A stretch of 64,000 bases of DNA from an uncultured delta proteobacterium. GTDB lineage: Bacteria > Myxococcota_A > Polyangia > Fen-1088. The position numbers and the translations under genes are program-made. How positions within the stretch are numbered: position 1 is the first letter of the stretch; the number at the start of each line of letters is the position of its first letter. The stretch is from NCBI GenBank assembly GCA_963767925.1, contig CAVYGB010000010.1, positions 864,001 through 928,000 of the forward strand, read 5' to 3'. Positions 38,100 to 47,957 of the stretch are shown in pieces. The notes beneath the pieces were generated by a model. It saw only the letters and a list, made by a program, of their open reading frames with translations, had not been told where the DNA came from and made no database searches.

Positions 38100-39257
38100 A
38101 TGACCAGGAAGAAGCTTCGCGCCGGGATCATCGGCAGCGGCATGATGGGCCCCATCCACACCGAGGCCCTGCGCCGGCTCGGCTACGTCGAGGTGGTGGC
38201 GCTCGCCGAGGTGGACGAGGCGGCGGCCCGGGCCAAGGCCGACGCCCTGGAGATCCCCCGGTCCTACGGCGACTACCGGGCGCTCATCGCCGACCCGGAG
38301 GTGCAGGTGGTGCACAACTGCACCCCCAACGCGGTTCACTTCGAGGTGTCACGGGCCATCCTCGCCGCCGGCAAACACGTGATCTCGGAGAAGCCGCTGG
38401 CGCGCACGGCGGCCGAGTCCCGCCAGCTCGTCGAGCTGGCCGCCCGGGCCGGCGTGGTCCACGCCATCCACTTCAACTACCGCAACTACGCCCTCGTGCA
38501 GCAGATGCGGGCGATGGTCAAGTCGGGGGAGCTGGGCCGGCTGTTCCTGGCCCACGGCGCCTACCTGCAGGACTGGCTGATCCTCGAGACCGACTACAAC
38601 TGGCGGGTCGAGAGCGCGGCGGGGGGCGACTCGCGCGCGGTGGCCGACATCGGCAGCCACTGGTTCGACACCGTCCAGTTCATCACCGGCGATCCGGTTG
38701 TCGAGGTGCTCGGCGACCTCACCATCGTCCATCCCACCCGCAAGAAGCCCGGCCGCCCGATCGAGACCTTCGCCGGCAAGACCCTCAGCCCGGCCGACTA
38801 CACCGACGTGCCGGTCGCCACCGAGGACTGCGCCACCGTCCTGTTCCGCACGCGCAGCGGGGTCCCCGGCTCGGTGGTCATCAGCCAGGTCTCGGCCGGC
38901 CGCAAGAACCGCTTCGGGTTCGAGCTCGACTTCGCCCGCGGCGCCCTGAGCTGGAACCAGGAGGAGCCCAACACGCTCTGGATCGGCCGGCGCGAGGTGG
39001 CCAACCAGAGCCTCATCAAGGACGCCTCGCTGATGCACCCCGAGGCCCGCCCCTTCACCCACTACCCGGGCGGGCACCCCGAGGGGTACGCCGAGGGGCC
39101 CCTCAACCTGTTCGCGCAGGTCTACGCGTACATCGAGGCGGGCGGCAAGGGCCCCCCACCCTTCTCGACCTTCCAGGACGGCCACGACGAGATCGCGATC
39201 TGCGACGCCATCCTCGCCAGCCACCGCACCCGGAGCTGGACCAAGGTGGCGTACTGA
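38100..39257 (+). CDS. Gfo/Idh/MocA family oxidoreductase
   Basis: GIIGSGMMG, VHNCTPN, KHVISEKPLA, DIGSHW. Confidence 0.92.
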   Translation: MTRKKLRAGIIGSGMMGPIHTEALRRLGYVEVVALAEVDEAAARAKADALEIPRSYGDYRALIADPEVQVVHNCTPNAVHFEVSRAILAAGKHVISEKPLARTAAESRQLVELAARAGVVHAIHFNYRNYALVQQMRAMVKSGELGRLFLAHGAYLQDWLILETDYNWRVESAAGGDSRAVADIGSHWFDTVQFITGDPVVEVLGDLTIVHPTRKKPGRPIETFAGKTLSPADYTDVPVATEDCATVLFRTRSGVPGSVVISQVSAGRKNRFGFELDFARGALSWNQEEPNTLWIGRREVANQSLIKDASLMHPEARPFTHYPGGHPEGYAEGPLNLFAQVYAYIEAGGKGPPPFSTFQDGHDEIAICDAILASHRTRSWTKVAY

Positions 39258-39339
39258 TTCGCGGCACGCCCTGGACCCGCACCCGCTTCGGGTGGAACAT
39301 CGCCTCCACGGATCCGTGGTACGACGGGGGAACACACCG

Positions 39340-41370
39340 ATGACTTACCGTCCCAGCCTGTCGCGCGTGTCGAAGCAGAGGCCGCTTCATCTGATGCTCG
39401 CCTCGGTGGCGGCTGCCGGGCTGCTCGCGGGCTGCCCGGCCAGCTCGTCGATGGACGGCGGCCCGCCGCCCGGTCCGGGCGCCGGCGGCGCCGGTCCCCC
39501 CGGGGCCGGGCCCCCGTCCCAGCCGGGTCCGGTCCCCGGCACCGGCGGCGCCGCGCCCGCGCCCGGAGTCGGCGCGCCCGGCGTCCCGATCCCACCTCCC
39601 GGTGGCAATGGCGGCGCCGGCGGGGCCCCGCCCCCTGCGCAGCCACCCGGCGGCACACCGCTGCCCCCCACCCCGGGCGCCCCGGGCATCCCACCCGCGC
39701 CGCCGACGCCGGCGCCGCCCCCACCGGTCGGCCCGGGGGTGCTCATGCGCGGCTACGACCTCAAGCGCACCCACGCCAACACCTTCGAGACCGCGCTCAC
39801 CCCGGCCCGGGTCGGCGCGGACACCTTCGGCAAGCTGTACTGCAAGGCGGTCGACGGCGAGATCTACGGCCAGATCCTCTACCTGCCCGCCTTCGACTTC
39901 GGCCCCCGGGGCAAGAAGAACGCGCTCGTCGTCGTGACGATGCGCAACCAGGTCTACGTGCTGGACGCCGACGATCCCTCGGCGCCCCCCCTCTGGCAAA
40001 AGGGCTTCGGCGTCCCCGTGGGCCCGGCCCGCACGCTGTCGCCGGGCACCTGCAACCCCTACCTCGACATCTCGCAGTGGGTGGGCATCACCTCGACGCC
40101 CGCGGTGGACCTGGCGAGCGGCACCATCTACTTCGTGGCCCGCACCAGCGCCGGGGGCACGCACCAGCAGCGCCTGTACGCCCAGAGCCTTGTCGACGGC
40201 AGCGAGCGGGTGCCGCCGGTCGACCTCACCGCGCTGATGCCCGGCAGCGGCGCCGGCAGCGTCAACGGCATGTTGCGCTTCCGCACCGACCGCCAGAACC
40301 AGCGGACGGCGCTGCTCCTGCACGACGGCATCGTCTACATCGCCTGGGCGTCCTTCTGCGACGCCCAGCCCTACCACGGCTGGATCCTCGGCTACGACGC
40401 CAGGACCCTCGAGCAGCGGGTGGTCTTCAACACGACGCCGACCGGGACCGCCGGCGGCATCTGGATGTCGGGCAGCGGCCTTGCGGTCGACGACGACGGC
40501 ACGTTTTATCTCACCACCGGCAACGGCAGCGCCGATCTCGCGGGGGGCAGCAACTACGGCGAGGCCTTCCTGAAGCTGCGCCGGCAGGGCGGCACCTTGC
40601 AAGTGGCCGACTGGTTCATCCCCAAGAACTACTGCTTCCTCGAGCGGGAGGATCGGGACCTCGGCTCGGCCGGCGTGTTGCTGGTCCCCGGGACCAACCT
40701 CGTCCTCGGCGGCGGCAAGGACGGCAAGGTCTACGTCGTCGACAAGACCAACATGGGCAAATACGGCGGCCCGATGGGGGCCTGCGGGGCCAACGCCCCG
40801 GCCAGCCCCCCCGGGACCGACCGCGTGGTGCAGATTATGAACGTGGCGCCCACCAGCAACCCGGCCCTGGCCCACAACCACTCGACCCCCGTGTACTGGA
40901 AGAGCCAGGCCGGCACCTTCATCTACACCTGGGCCGAGGAGGACCACCTGCAGCAGTGGCGGCTGGAGGACGGCCGCCTGACGCTGTTCAAGCGCAGCGC
41001 GATCAAGGCGCCCGACGAGGGCCCCGGTGGCCAGCCGGGCGGCCCTCCCACCTACACCATGCCCGGCGGCACCATGGCCCTCAGCGCCAACGGCGACCGC
41101 ACCGACAGCGGCATCATCTGGGTCACCATGCCGATCCGGAGCAGCGCCAACAACGCCGTGGTGCCGGGGGTGGTGCGGGCCTTCGACGCCAGCGACGTCA
41201 GCAAGCCCGAGCTGTGGAACAGCCAGGCCAACGCCGCCCGCGACGCGATAACCAACTACGCCAAGTTCAACCCGGTGACGGTCTACAACGGCAAGGTCTT
41301 CGTCCCCACCTTCAAGAACCCCGAGGGCACCAACCAGTTCTGCGCCTTCGGCCCGTTCGGCGGCAAGTAG
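39340..41370 (+). CDS. Lipoprotein with Pro-rich linker and PQQ-like beta-propeller
   Basis: Lipobox LLAGC; GITSTPAVD, NQRTALLL, YHGWILGYD, GGIWMSGSG, DLGSAG, GGKDG motifs. Confidence 0.75.
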   Translation: MTYRPSLSRVSKQRPLHLMLASVAAAGLLAGCPASSSMDGGPPPGPGAGGAGPPGAGPPSQPGPVPGTGGAAPAPGVGAPGVPIPPPGGNGGAGGAPPPAQPPGGTPLPPTPGAPGIPPAPPTPAPPPPVGPGVLMRGYDLKRTHANTFETALTPARVGADTFGKLYCKAVDGEIYGQILYLPAFDFGPRGKKNALVVVTMRNQVYVLDADDPSAPPLWQKGFGVPVGPARTLSPGTCNPYLDISQWVGITSTPAVDLASGTIYFVARTSAGGTHQQRLYAQSLVDGSERVPPVDLTALMPGSGAGSVNGMLRFRTDRQNQRTALLLHDGIVYIAWASFCDAQPYHGWILGYDARTLEQRVVFNTTPTGTAGGIWMSGSGLAVDDDGTFYLTTGNGSADLAGGSNYGEAFLKLRRQGGTLQVADWFIPKNYCFLEREDRDLGSAGVLLVPGTNLVLGGGKDGKVYVVDKTNMGKYGGPMGACGANAPASPPGTDRVVQIMNVAPTSNPALAHNHSTPVYWKSQAGTFIYTWAEEDHLQQWRLEDGRLTLFKRSAIKAPDEGPGGQPGGPPTYTMPGGTMALSANGDRTDSGIIWVTMPIRSSANNAVVPGVVRAFDASDVSKPELWNSQANAARDAITNYAKFNPVTVYNGKVFVPTFKNPEGTNQFCAFGPFGGK

Positions 41371-41387
41371 CGGCCGGGATCGGACCC

Positions 41388-42902
41388 GTGGCGGCGCGGC
41401 CCGCGATCGCGATCTTCGGAGCCGCGATCGCGGCGGCCGCCCTCGCGGAAGCGGCCGGCACGGCCGGCCCGGTGACGGCGCTGGCGCCGGAGCCGCCCGG
41501 GGCCCGGGCCCGGCGAGCGACCCCGGGAGCCACGGCGGCCTGTGCCCGGGGGCCCTGCGCGAGCCCCTCGGCGATCGCCTTCCTGACGGGCGGTGGCGGT
41601 GGCGCGGGCGGGGGGGCGCTGGCGGTGACAAACTTCGGGCTGGTGCAGGCCGAGGGGGGCGGCGGCTGGAGCTACGTGTGCGACGACGTATACGGCACGC
41701 CCCGGCCGGAGCTGGTGCGGGGCGACGGGCGGGGGCGGCTGTTCGCGGCGGGCAGCTCGACGGGGCTGCTCGGGTCGGCCGACGGCTGCGCCTGGTCGGC
41801 GGCGGCGGGCGCGGTGGCGGAGCGGGAGGTGCTCGACCTGGCCTTCGACGGGACGCCGGGGCGGGTCTGGGCGCTGGCGGGCGCGCCCGGCGTGGCCGAG
41901 CGGGTGCTGGCCCGCTCCGACGACGGCGGCGCAAGCTTCGCGATGGTCCACGCCTTCGCCGACGGCCTGGCCTACGCCCGGCTGCTGGTGGCGCCCTCCG
42001 ACAGCCGCCGGCTCTACCTGGCGGGGCGCGGCCAGGGTGCTGCCGGTGTGTCGGTGCCGCTGGCCCGCTCCGACGACGGTGGCGCCACCTGGACCACCCG
42101 CGACCTGGCGGCGGGGCGGCCGGCGCCGCTGGAGAACCCGCTTGTGTTGCTGGCGGTGGCGCCCGACGATCCCGACCGGCTGTTCTTCAGCCTGGTGGAC
42201 GCCCTCGGCGACGAGATCTGGCTCAGCGACGACGGCGGCCGGTCGGTGCGGCGGGTCCTCGAGGGGGGGCCCCGCGACTGGATGACCGGGCTGGCCTTCG
42301 GGCCGGACGGTAGGACGGTGTACGCCGCGGCGGCGGTGATCCCGGTGATCGACGGCGAGTCGCCGGGGCACCTCTTCGTCTCCCGCGACCGCGGCGAGAG
42401 CTGGGCCGCCCCCATCCTGTCGGCCGCCACCGGCCCCAGCTACCGCTGCCTGGAGGCGAGCGGCGGCACGCTGTACGCCTGCGACCTCGGCGGTCCGACC
42501 GGTGGGGCCTTCCTGGTCGGCGCGTCGAGCGACGAGGGCCGGACCTGGCAACCGGTGGTGCAGCTCCGCGAGCTCGCCGGAGCGAAGCGCTGCGTGCGCG
42601 CCGCCTGCGCGGCGACCGAGGCCTGGCTGTGTGACAGCTACGGCCGCTGCCCTGACGAGGGCGACGCCGGCGCCCCGGGCTCCGACGCCGCCCGCGATCC
42701 CGCGGACGCGGGCCGGGACGACGGGCCGACCGAGGGGGGAGCGGGGGCCTGCGCCGGCGACACCTGCCCGCGCGCCGGCGGCTGTGCGTGCAAGCTGAGC
42801 CGGGCCGGCGGCGCGGACCGCGCCCCGCTCGCGCCGGGAGTGTTCGCCGCCCTGGCGCTGGCCGCATTTGCGAGCCGGCGCCGCCGCCAGTTGCGCAAAT
42901 AA
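41388..42902 (+). CDS. BNR/Ycf48-like beta-propeller protein with MYXO-CTERM tail
   Basis: Repeated SxDGGxS/TW (Asp-box) motifs; C-terminal GGCAC, TM segment and RRRR. Confidence 0.75.
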   Translation: MAARPAIAIFGAAIAAAALAEAAGTAGPVTALAPEPPGARARRATPGATAACARGPCASPSAIAFLTGGGGGAGGGALAVTNFGLVQAEGGGGWSYVCDDVYGTPRPELVRGDGRGRLFAAGSSTGLLGSADGCAWSAAAGAVAEREVLDLAFDGTPGRVWALAGAPGVAERVLARSDDGGASFAMVHAFADGLAYARLLVAPSDSRRLYLAGRGQGAAGVSVPLARSDDGGATWTTRDLAAGRPAPLENPLVLLAVAPDDPDRLFFSLVDALGDEIWLSDDGGRSVRRVLEGGPRDWMTGLAFGPDGRTVYAAAAVIPVIDGESPGHLFVSRDRGESWAAPILSAATGPSYRCLEASGGTLYACDLGGPTGGAFLVGASSDEGRTWQPVVQLRELAGAKRCVRAACAATEAWLCDSYGRCPDEGDAGAPGSDAARDPADAGRDDGPTEGGAGACAGDTCPRAGGCACKLSRAGGADRAPLAPGVFAALALAAFASRRRRQLRK

Positions 42903-42940
42903 CACCAATCCGCATTGCGGAGTGGGTCGTTGCGGCCGGG

Positions 42941-42955
42941 TGGCGCGGGCAATGC
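42941..42955 (+). promoter_or_regulatory. Putative sigma54 promoter for the PII-like gene
   Basis: TGGCGCGGGCAATGC fits GG-N10-GC; dyad TCCGCATTGCGGA at 42909-42921. Confidence 0.5.
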
Positions 42956-43050
42956 GCAGGTTGCGGGCCGGTTAATTCACGAAGGGGAGAAGGACCGGAG
43001 CGACCGGAGGGCCGCCGAGCGCGGGCCGGCCGTGGTACGCTTTGGTTGGC

Positions 43051-43386
43051 ATGAAGAGCGTGGAGGCCTGGATAACGCCGGCGAGGTTGGAGGATGTGAC
43101 GGAGCGGTTGCGGTTGATCGGCGTGCCCGGCGTGACCGTGCAGGCCGTGAAGGATCCCAGCGGTCCTCCCCGGGTCGAGAGCTACCGCGGCGCGGTCCTC
43201 ACCACCAGCCTGCACCCCCGCATCCGCATGCAGATCGTGGTGCCCGACGAGATGGCCGAGTCGGTGATCAACGCGCTGACCACCGTGATCCGCCGGGAAG
43301 CCGAGGACGACGGCTGGATCTTCGTCGCTCCTCTCGACGACGTCATCCGCATCCGCACCGGCGAACACGGCTCCGACGCCCTCTGA
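43051..43386 (+). CDS. Divergent PII-family protein (GlnB/GlnK-like)
   Basis: MK.VEAWITP..LEDV...YRGA...IFV..LDDVIRIRTGE PII signature, with altered T- and B-loops. Confidence 0.85.
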   Translation: MKSVEAWITPARLEDVTERLRLIGVPGVTVQAVKDPSGPPRVESYRGAVLTTSLHPRIRMQIVVPDEMAESVINALTTVIRREAEDDGWIFVAPLDDVIRIRTGEHGSDAL

Positions 43387-43413
43387 ACCGACGTTTCCCC
43401 CGGGCCGGCCAGA

Positions 43414-43458
43414 CCCCTCACCCTCCCCTCTCCCCGCGGCGGACCGCGGGGCGAGGGC
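43414..43458 (+). repeat. REP-like hairpin element
   Basis: CCCCTCACCCTCCCCTCTCCCCGCGGCGGACCGCGGGGCGAGGGC. Confidence 0.85.
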
Positions 43459-43578
43459 AATCACCTTCTGGAGGCAAGAATCCAGGCTGGCCCGCCCACC
43501 CCGGAAACGGGGCGGGCCCGTCGCGCGGGCTCCCGGGGGAGGCGCGCGGCGGGCCCGGATTTCAGACGGAAGTGGGGC

Positions 43579-45084
43579 TCAGTATTTGGGGGTGGCGGCG
43601 GGCTGGAACACCGGCGCGGCAGCGGGCATCGATGCCTCGGTGCTCACGTGGCCCATCTCGTCGTCGTGGTACCCGGCCTCGCCGTGCTCGGCGTCGTCCA
43701 GACCCTGCTCCTCGACCGGCTTGGAGGCGCGCAGCCCGATGACTGCCTTGATGACGAGGGCGATGACCGAGGTGCCCACGATGGCCAGGGCCAGCGTGAG
43801 GCCGATCGCCTTGAGCTGCTCGATCCAGAGGGTCTTGCCCACCAGCCCGCTGAGGTTGGTGTTGAGGTTGGCGTTGATCGTCGGGCGAGGCGTAAAAGCC
43901 GGTCAACAAGGCGCCGAGGGTGCCGCCCACGCCGTGCACGCCGAAGGTGTCGAGCGCGTCGTCGTACTTCAGCCAGGCCTTCAGCTTGGTGCAGGCGAAG
44001 AAGGGGACCACGCCGGCCAGCACGCCGATGATGACGGCGCTGCCCGGGCTGACGAAGCCGGCGCCCGGCGTGATGACGACGAGCCCGCCGACCGCACCCG
44101 AGCAGAAGCCGAGCACCGTGGGCTTGCCCCGGGTGATCCACTCGAGCAGCGGCCAGACACCGGCGGCCACCGCGGCGGCCAGGGTGGTGGAGGTGAAGGC
44201 GGTGGCGGCGACCCCGTCGGCGGCGACGGCGCTGCCGGCGTTGAAGCCGTACCAGCCCACCCACAACATGCCGGTGCCGACCATGGTCAGCGTGAGGCTG
44301 TGGGGCAGGAAGGCCCGCTGGCCGAAGCCGGTCCGCTTGCCGAGGATGAGGCAGAGGACGAGCGCCGACCAGCCGGAGGACATGTGCACGACGGTGCCGC
44401 CGGCGAAGTCGATGGCCTTGATCCCGGCCTTGGCGTTCCAGACGCCGTTCATGAAGCCGTCGATGCCCCACACCATGTGGGCCAGCGGGCAGGTAGACGA
44501 CGAACATCCAGGCCACGACGAAGGCCATCACGGCCGAGAACTTCATGCGCTCGGCGATGGCGCCGACGATCAGGGCGGGCGTGATGATGGCGAACATCAT
44601 CTGGAACATCGCGAAGACGTTCTGCGACACCCAGTACGAGTAGTCGGTGTTGGGCGCCGACCCGACCCCCGCCAGGAGGGCGAACTTGGTGCCGCCCAGG
44701 AAGGGGGTACCGGCCGAGAAGGCGAAGCTGTAGCCGATGGCCCACCAGATCACCGTGACCACGCGCGGCGCAGCCGAAACACTGGGCCAGCACCGACAGC
44801 ACGTTCTTGCGGCGGACGAGACCGCCGTAGAACAGGGCCAGGCCCGGCAAGGTCATGAACAGCACCAGGGCGGTACAGGTCATCATCCAGCCGTTGTGCC
44901 CGGGACCCGAGGTGGCCAGCACCTTCGGCGCGCCGTTGTTCACGTAAGCTTCCAGATCGGCGACCCGGGTCGCCAGATCCGGGGGAGCGGCCGTCTCGGT
45001 CTGCGCCTGTGCGACCGCCGCGACGGTCAAGGTCATGAACAGCGCCAGAATTCCGGCTGCCCTAAGCTTCTTGGTGTCCAGCAT
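43579..45084 (-). pseudogene. amtB: Ammonium transporter AmtB, interrupted by three single-base insertions
   Basis: LVLFMTLPGLALFYGGLVRRKNVL, FQMMFAIITPAL..GAIAER, DFAGGTVVH, WVGWYGFNAGS, DDALDTFGVHG, EEQGLD..EHGE spread over four reading segments. Confidence 0.9.
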
Positions 45085-45350
45085 GTTTCTTTTCCCCTTT
45101 GGTCGTGATGGCTCTTTGTCTGACCTGGAGCCCTCGGAGGTCTCCGCTCGCGCCGAGGTTCCAGCGGCAAAGCCGCCTACGTCTCCGCGCGATCAGCCGG
45201 CCGGACAGCGTCCAGCTACCGTTCGGAAGGTACTCAATGCTCAAAGGCCGGGTAAAGATCACAACCGCGCACCCGGTTCGATTTAGCAACCCGGGTACCT
45301 TCAAGAAACGGCCGCGAAACATGCGTCACGACGGGCCATAATCGGGTCAA

Positions 45351-46109
45351 ATGTCGAACACCCACGACCGCGCCACGCCGGTGACGCCCCTGCATTCTCG
45401 GCACACGCCGCTGCTGGTGATGGAGATCTATCGCTCGGTGCAGGGCGAGGGAACGTTGATGGGCGTGAGCACGACCTTCGTCCGCTTCTTCGCCTGCAAC
45501 CTGCGCTGCTCGTGGTGCGACACGAAACACTCCTGGAGCCTGCGCGAGGGCGGCTCGTACCGGGAGATGACCCCGCCCGAGGTGTTGAACGAAGTTCGAG
45601 CGCTGGGCGCCCGCCACGTCGTGCTCACGGGCGGGGAGCCCTGCCTGCAGCGCGATCTCGCTGAGCTGGCCCGGCTGCTGGCGGAGGGCGGGGACCACGT
45701 CACGGTGGAGACGGCGGCCACCATCTTCCCCCCGGCCGCCGTCCCCCACGTGCGGCTGTGGAGCCTGTCTCCGAAGCTGCCGAGCGCGGGGGCGAACTAC
45801 CTGCGCCACCCGATCATCGAGCGCTTCCTGCAGGAGGTCCCCCTCGAGCGCATGCAGTGGAAGTTCGTGGTCCGCGACGACGCCGACGAGGCCGCCTTGC
45901 GCGGGTTGATCGAGCGCTACCCGGCCTTCCGCCAGGCCCAGGTCCCCATCCTCCTGCAGCCCGAGTCGGGGAGCGCGACAACCGCCGGCTACCCGGCCGC
46001 GCTGGAGGCGCTGGTGAACCGGATCCGCGATCCCTTCTGGGACCGCTACCACGTGCGGGTGCTGCCCCAGATGCACTTTCTCATCTGGGGATCGCGCCGT
46101 CTGGTGTGA
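45351..46109 (+). CDS. queE: 7-carboxy-7-deazaguanine synthase
   Basis: EIYRSVQGEG, FVRFFACNLRCSWCDT, LTGGEP, SPKL, RVLPQMH. Confidence 0.9.
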   Translation: MSNTHDRATPVTPLHSRHTPLLVMEIYRSVQGEGTLMGVSTTFVRFFACNLRCSWCDTKHSWSLREGGSYREMTPPEVLNEVRALGARHVVLTGGEPCLQRDLAELARLLAEGGDHVTVETAATIFPPAAVPHVRLWSLSPKLPSAGANYLRHPIIERFLQEVPLERMQWKFVVRDDADEAALRGLIERYPAFRQAQVPILLQPESGSATTAGYPAALEALVNRIRDPFWDRYHVRVLPQMHFLIWGSRRLV

Positions 46110-46198
46110 GCCAGGGGGGTCACCGGCCGCCGGGCGCACCTCACCAGACTGGTCGGCGTTTTCGCTGGCTTTGCTGGGGTTTGTATGACATTTGATCC

Positions 46199-46286
46199 GG
46201 CGGTCCCGGGCGACGGAACGTTGGCGAAACCCGCCAGGCCCGGAAGGGAGCAACGGTAACCATCCGACCGGGTGCCTGGGACCGTT
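46199..46286 (+). ncRNA. ffs: Small (4.5S) signal recognition particle RNA
   Basis: Domain IV core CCAGGCCCGGAAGGGAGCAACGG with GGAA tetraloop; closing stem CGGTCCCGGGC/GCCTGGGACCG; T-run follows. Confidence 0.9.
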
Positions 46287-46337
46287 TCTTTTTTTCCATT
46301 GTCTCGAGAGCCCATCCACCCCACCAGGTCCGGCCCC

Positions 46338-46724
46338 ATGGCAGACGTGGTCTACTTCGCCCGCGACATGGTCTTCACCTCGAAGATCCGGGAGGTGGCG
46401 CGTCAGGTGGGTGTGGGTGTCGCGCCGGCGCGCGACCCTGCCGCCCTGGCCGCCGCCGCGGCGGGGGCCCGGCTGGTCATCGTCGATCTCCGCCTGCCCG
46501 AGGCCCTGGCCGCCCTGACCGCCCTGCGGGCGGATCCGGCCTGCGCGGGGGTGGCGACGGTCGGCTTCATCGACCACGAAAAGGTCGAGGTGATGGACGC
46601 GGCCCGGGCCGCCGGCTGCGGTGAAGTCCTGACCAAGGGACAGTTCTCCCACGCGCTGCCCAAGCTCCTGGCCCGGCTGGCCCCACCCGGCCCGCCGGCG
46701 GCCCCCACCACCCCCGAAGCCTGA
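46338..46724 (+). CDS. Receiver-like (atypical CheY-fold) protein
   Basis: DMVFTSKI...LVIVDL...VGFIDHE..AARAAGC.EVLTKGQF; lacks the acidic pair. Confidence 0.65.
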   Translation: MADVVYFARDMVFTSKIREVARQVGVGVAPARDPAALAAAAAGARLVIVDLRLPEALAALTALRADPACAGVATVGFIDHEKVEVMDAARAAGCGEVLTKGQFSHALPKLLARLAPPGPPAAPTTPEA

Positions 46725-46776
46725 CGCGGCGACCGCGCGCCGCGCGAGATGCTAAGATCCGAAGGAGACAAGTCCG

Positions 46777-47049
46777 ATGCCGAAGATGGTCAAGTGCGTG
46801 AAGCTCGGGCAGGAGCTCCCGGGAATGTCTTACAAGCCTTTCAACAACGATCTCGGACAGCGCATCTTCGAGAACGTCTCGCAGCAGGCCTGGATGATGT
46901 GGGTCGAGTTTTCCAAGAAGATCGTGAACGAATACCGCCTCGATCTGACCTCGCCCAACGGGCAGAGCGTCCTGCTCGAGCAAGCGGATCGCTTCTTCTT
47001 CGGCGACGGCGGCCAGCAGCCGGCGGAGTTCGTGCCCGAGAAGACCTGA
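46777..47049 (+). CDS. yggX: Fe(II)-trafficking / oxidative damage protection protein
   Basis: MVKCVKLGQE..LGQRIFENVSQQAW..W......NEYRLDL; SD AAGGAG. Confidence 0.92.
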   Translation: MPKMVKCVKLGQELPGMSYKPFNNDLGQRIFENVSQQAWMMWVEFSKKIVNEYRLDLTSPNGQSVLLEQADRFFFGDGGQQPAEFVPEKT

Positions 47050-47071
47050 GGACAGCCCGAGCGCAGCGAGC

Positions 47072-47893
47072 ATGTCCGACGACCGCCGCAGGACGATCAC
47101 CAGCGGGTCCTCCTTCTTCAAGGAGACCGCCCCTGATCGGCGGCCCACGGTCGTGCCCGGCGCAGACCGCGAGCTGGCCCCCCGGGCGGCTCGCTCGGCC
47201 GTGGTGGTACCCGTGCGCTTCAAATACGAGAGCATCATCGACTTCGTCGAGACCCAGTCGATGAACGTCAGCCGGACCGGCATGTTCATCACCTCGGCCG
47301 AGCCCACCGCCATCGGCACCCAGCTCGACTTCGAGGTGGCGCTGGCCGATGGCTTCCTGCTGCTCAAGGGCAAGGCGGAGGTGGCCCGGGTCAGCCAGAC
47401 CCCCCGGGGCCTCGGCGTGAAGTTCGTGCAGCTCGACGCCGCCAGCCAGAAGCTCATCACCCGCATCGTCGAGGTCAACACCCTCGAGGGGCGCAAGCCG
47501 ACCGTGCCGATGGACTTCGCCCCGCTCGAGGCGGGCCCCCCCCGCACGATGAGCTTTCCGGGCGCCCAGACCGCCATGGGGGGGGTCGTGTGGCGGGAGC
47601 AGGAGGTGGTCATCCAGCTCAACCCGGTCACGGTGAGCTACTTCGTCTACAACCCGCTGCTCAACATCCGGCTGGGGGGCTTCGTGGTGCCGGCCGAGCG
47701 CGAGGTCCCCCTCGGCACCATGTTCAGCGTGTCGATCTCCACCCCTTCGGGCGAGAGCCTGTTTTCCGGCAAGGGCAAGGTCGTCGCCAAGCACGAGAAG
47801 CGTCTCGGCATCCGCCTCGTCGACGTCGAGAAGCCCGTCCTCACCCGCCTGCAGGCGGAGGTGAGCCGGCTGGTCCCCAGCACCAGCAAGTAA
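47072..47893 (+). CDS. Tandem PilZ-like protein (myxobacterial TIGR02266-like)
   Basis: FVETQSMNVSRTGMFI..GTQLDFEV..GLGVKF; second degenerate PilZ NIRLGGFVV. Confidence 0.75.
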   Translation: MSDDRRRTITSGSSFFKETAPDRRPTVVPGADRELAPRAARSAVVVPVRFKYESIIDFVETQSMNVSRTGMFITSAEPTAIGTQLDFEVALADGFLLLKGKAEVARVSQTPRGLGVKFVQLDAASQKLITRIVEVNTLEGRKPTVPMDFAPLEAGPPRTMSFPGAQTAMGGVVWREQEVVIQLNPVTVSYFVYNPLLNIRLGGFVVPAEREVPLGTMFSVSISTPSGESLFSGKGKVVAKHEKRLGIRLVDVEKPVLTRLQAEVSRLVPSTSK

Positions 47894-47957
47894 GCCCAGC
47901 AAGTAGCGTCCATCGGCCGCGGATCGCCGCGCGCGGGATGGTATCCTGCGCCCGACC

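Noticed and set aside
43579..45084. Programmed ribosomal frameshifting in amtB
   Set aside because: Would need three consecutive shifts with no slippery heptamers; error or pseudogenisation is simpler
45090..45350. glnA (glutamine) riboswitch before amtB or preQ1 riboswitch before queE
   Set aside because: Only a loose CGGAGACGTAGG resemblance; the required paired elements and consensus were not found
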